Origin: Bdellovibrio sp. 28-41-41
Lineage (GTDB): Bacteria; Bdellovibrionota; Bdellovibrionia; Bdellovibrionales; Bdellovibrionaceae
Direction: 5' to 3'
Length of the DNA stretch: 64,000 nucleotides
NCBI GenBank assembly: GCA_002256935.1
Contig: NCGL01000004.1
Span: 11,557 to 75,556, forward strand
Within the stretch, counting starts at the first letter, position 1; each line of letters starts with the position of its first letter. The notes beneath the pieces are model-generated. The model was given only the letters and a program-made list of their open reading frames with translations. It was not told the DNA's origin and made no database searches. A program made the position numbers and the translations under genes. Below, piece by piece: positions 63,717 through 64,000 of this stretch.

Positions 63717-64000
63717 ATGGATCGTTTTTTCAAATATTTTTTTGTTCTTTCAGCGTTCCTTTCATTTGATGGTTTTCTGCTCGCGGGCACTCGTTCGGAT
63801 AATTTGAAGTCAGTATCTGCTGCAGAACTTTATGCTGATTTTGCAACGGCTCTTTTGAATGCCGATCGATTAGCGCCTAGTTTGCTTGTGTCTTATATTG
63901 AAATGTCCAAATTAGAATGTGCCGGACGGGGTCTTGAAAACTTGGATATAATTCCATTAACAGCGGCCATTAAAAAAATTGAAAAAAAGCCAACGCTTTC
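63717..64000 (+). CDS. Hypothetical secreted protein, N-terminal part (runs off the window)
   Basis: The ATG follows a GGGAAAGG SD. The N-terminus is hydrophobic, and the frame stays open to the window end. Confidence 0.4.
   Translation, partial: MDRFFKYFFVLSAFLSFDGFLLAGTRSDNLKSVSAAELYADFATALLNADRLAPSLLVSYIEMSKLECAGRGLENLDIIPLTAAIKKIEKKPTL

Noticed and set aside
1-64000. CRISPR arrays, rRNA genes, tmRNA, RNase P RNA, integron attC arrays and IS elements with terminal inverted repeats.
   Set aside because: I saw no regularly spaced direct repeats, no rRNA-like conserved blocks, no transposase ORFs, and none of the characteristic motifs on either strand.

Overview
A 64-kb chromosomal window from a low-GC, probably Bdellovibrio-like bacterium. 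That taxonomic guess is an inference from three things: an MglA GTPase with Ser in the P-loop and no adjacent mglB, a trimeric-fibre-like surface protein, and the gene order. Positions 1-10.5 kb are housekeeping: xseA(partial)-xseB-ispA-tlyA, a patatin-like lipoprotein, pepP, lon, a TPR/winged-helix regulator, then tRNA-Val(UAC) at 10503-10578. From 10.58 kb to about 41.06 kb lies an accessory mosaic with five parts. (1) An ICE-like block has all genes on the minus strand: a large serine recombinase abutting the tRNA, an XRE regulator, a 547-bp highly structured non-coding region (oriT candidate), a PD-(D/E)xK 'replication-relaxation'-like protein, a coupling protein, and VirB10-9-8-6-5-4-3-2 homologues. 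(2) Directly upstream and co-oriented is a five-gene operon: sigma54 enhancer-binding response regulator, 90-aa secreted protein, family-5 solute-binding protein, compact YcaO-like protein, hybrid histidine kinase. (3) Next come a RecD2-type helicase, a tyrosine recombinase and Cys-rich small ORFs. (4) Then a CheY-like / LysM-barrel / lipoprotein / fibre-protein cluster. (5) Last is a start-less recombinase remnant next to a degenerate copy of the tRNA-Val 3' end, a candidate distal island boundary. Beyond that are a type III PKS-membrane protein-methyltransferase cluster, a Fic protein, and core genes: glpD, a DTW-domain protein, rlmM-like, thiL-like, nadA, mglA, recR-ybaB-dnaX with SRP RNA upstream, and msrA. 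The most interesting hypothesis is that conjugation is controlled by the SBP/YcaO-like/HK/sigma54-EBP module. Three copies of a TGGCGG-N4-CCGCCA palindrome sit about 120-210 bp upstream of -24/-12-like promoters in front of both the T4SS operon and the signalling operon. No CRISPR array, rRNA or prophage structural module was seen. All protein calls rest on motif recognition by eye and on synteny; no searches were run.
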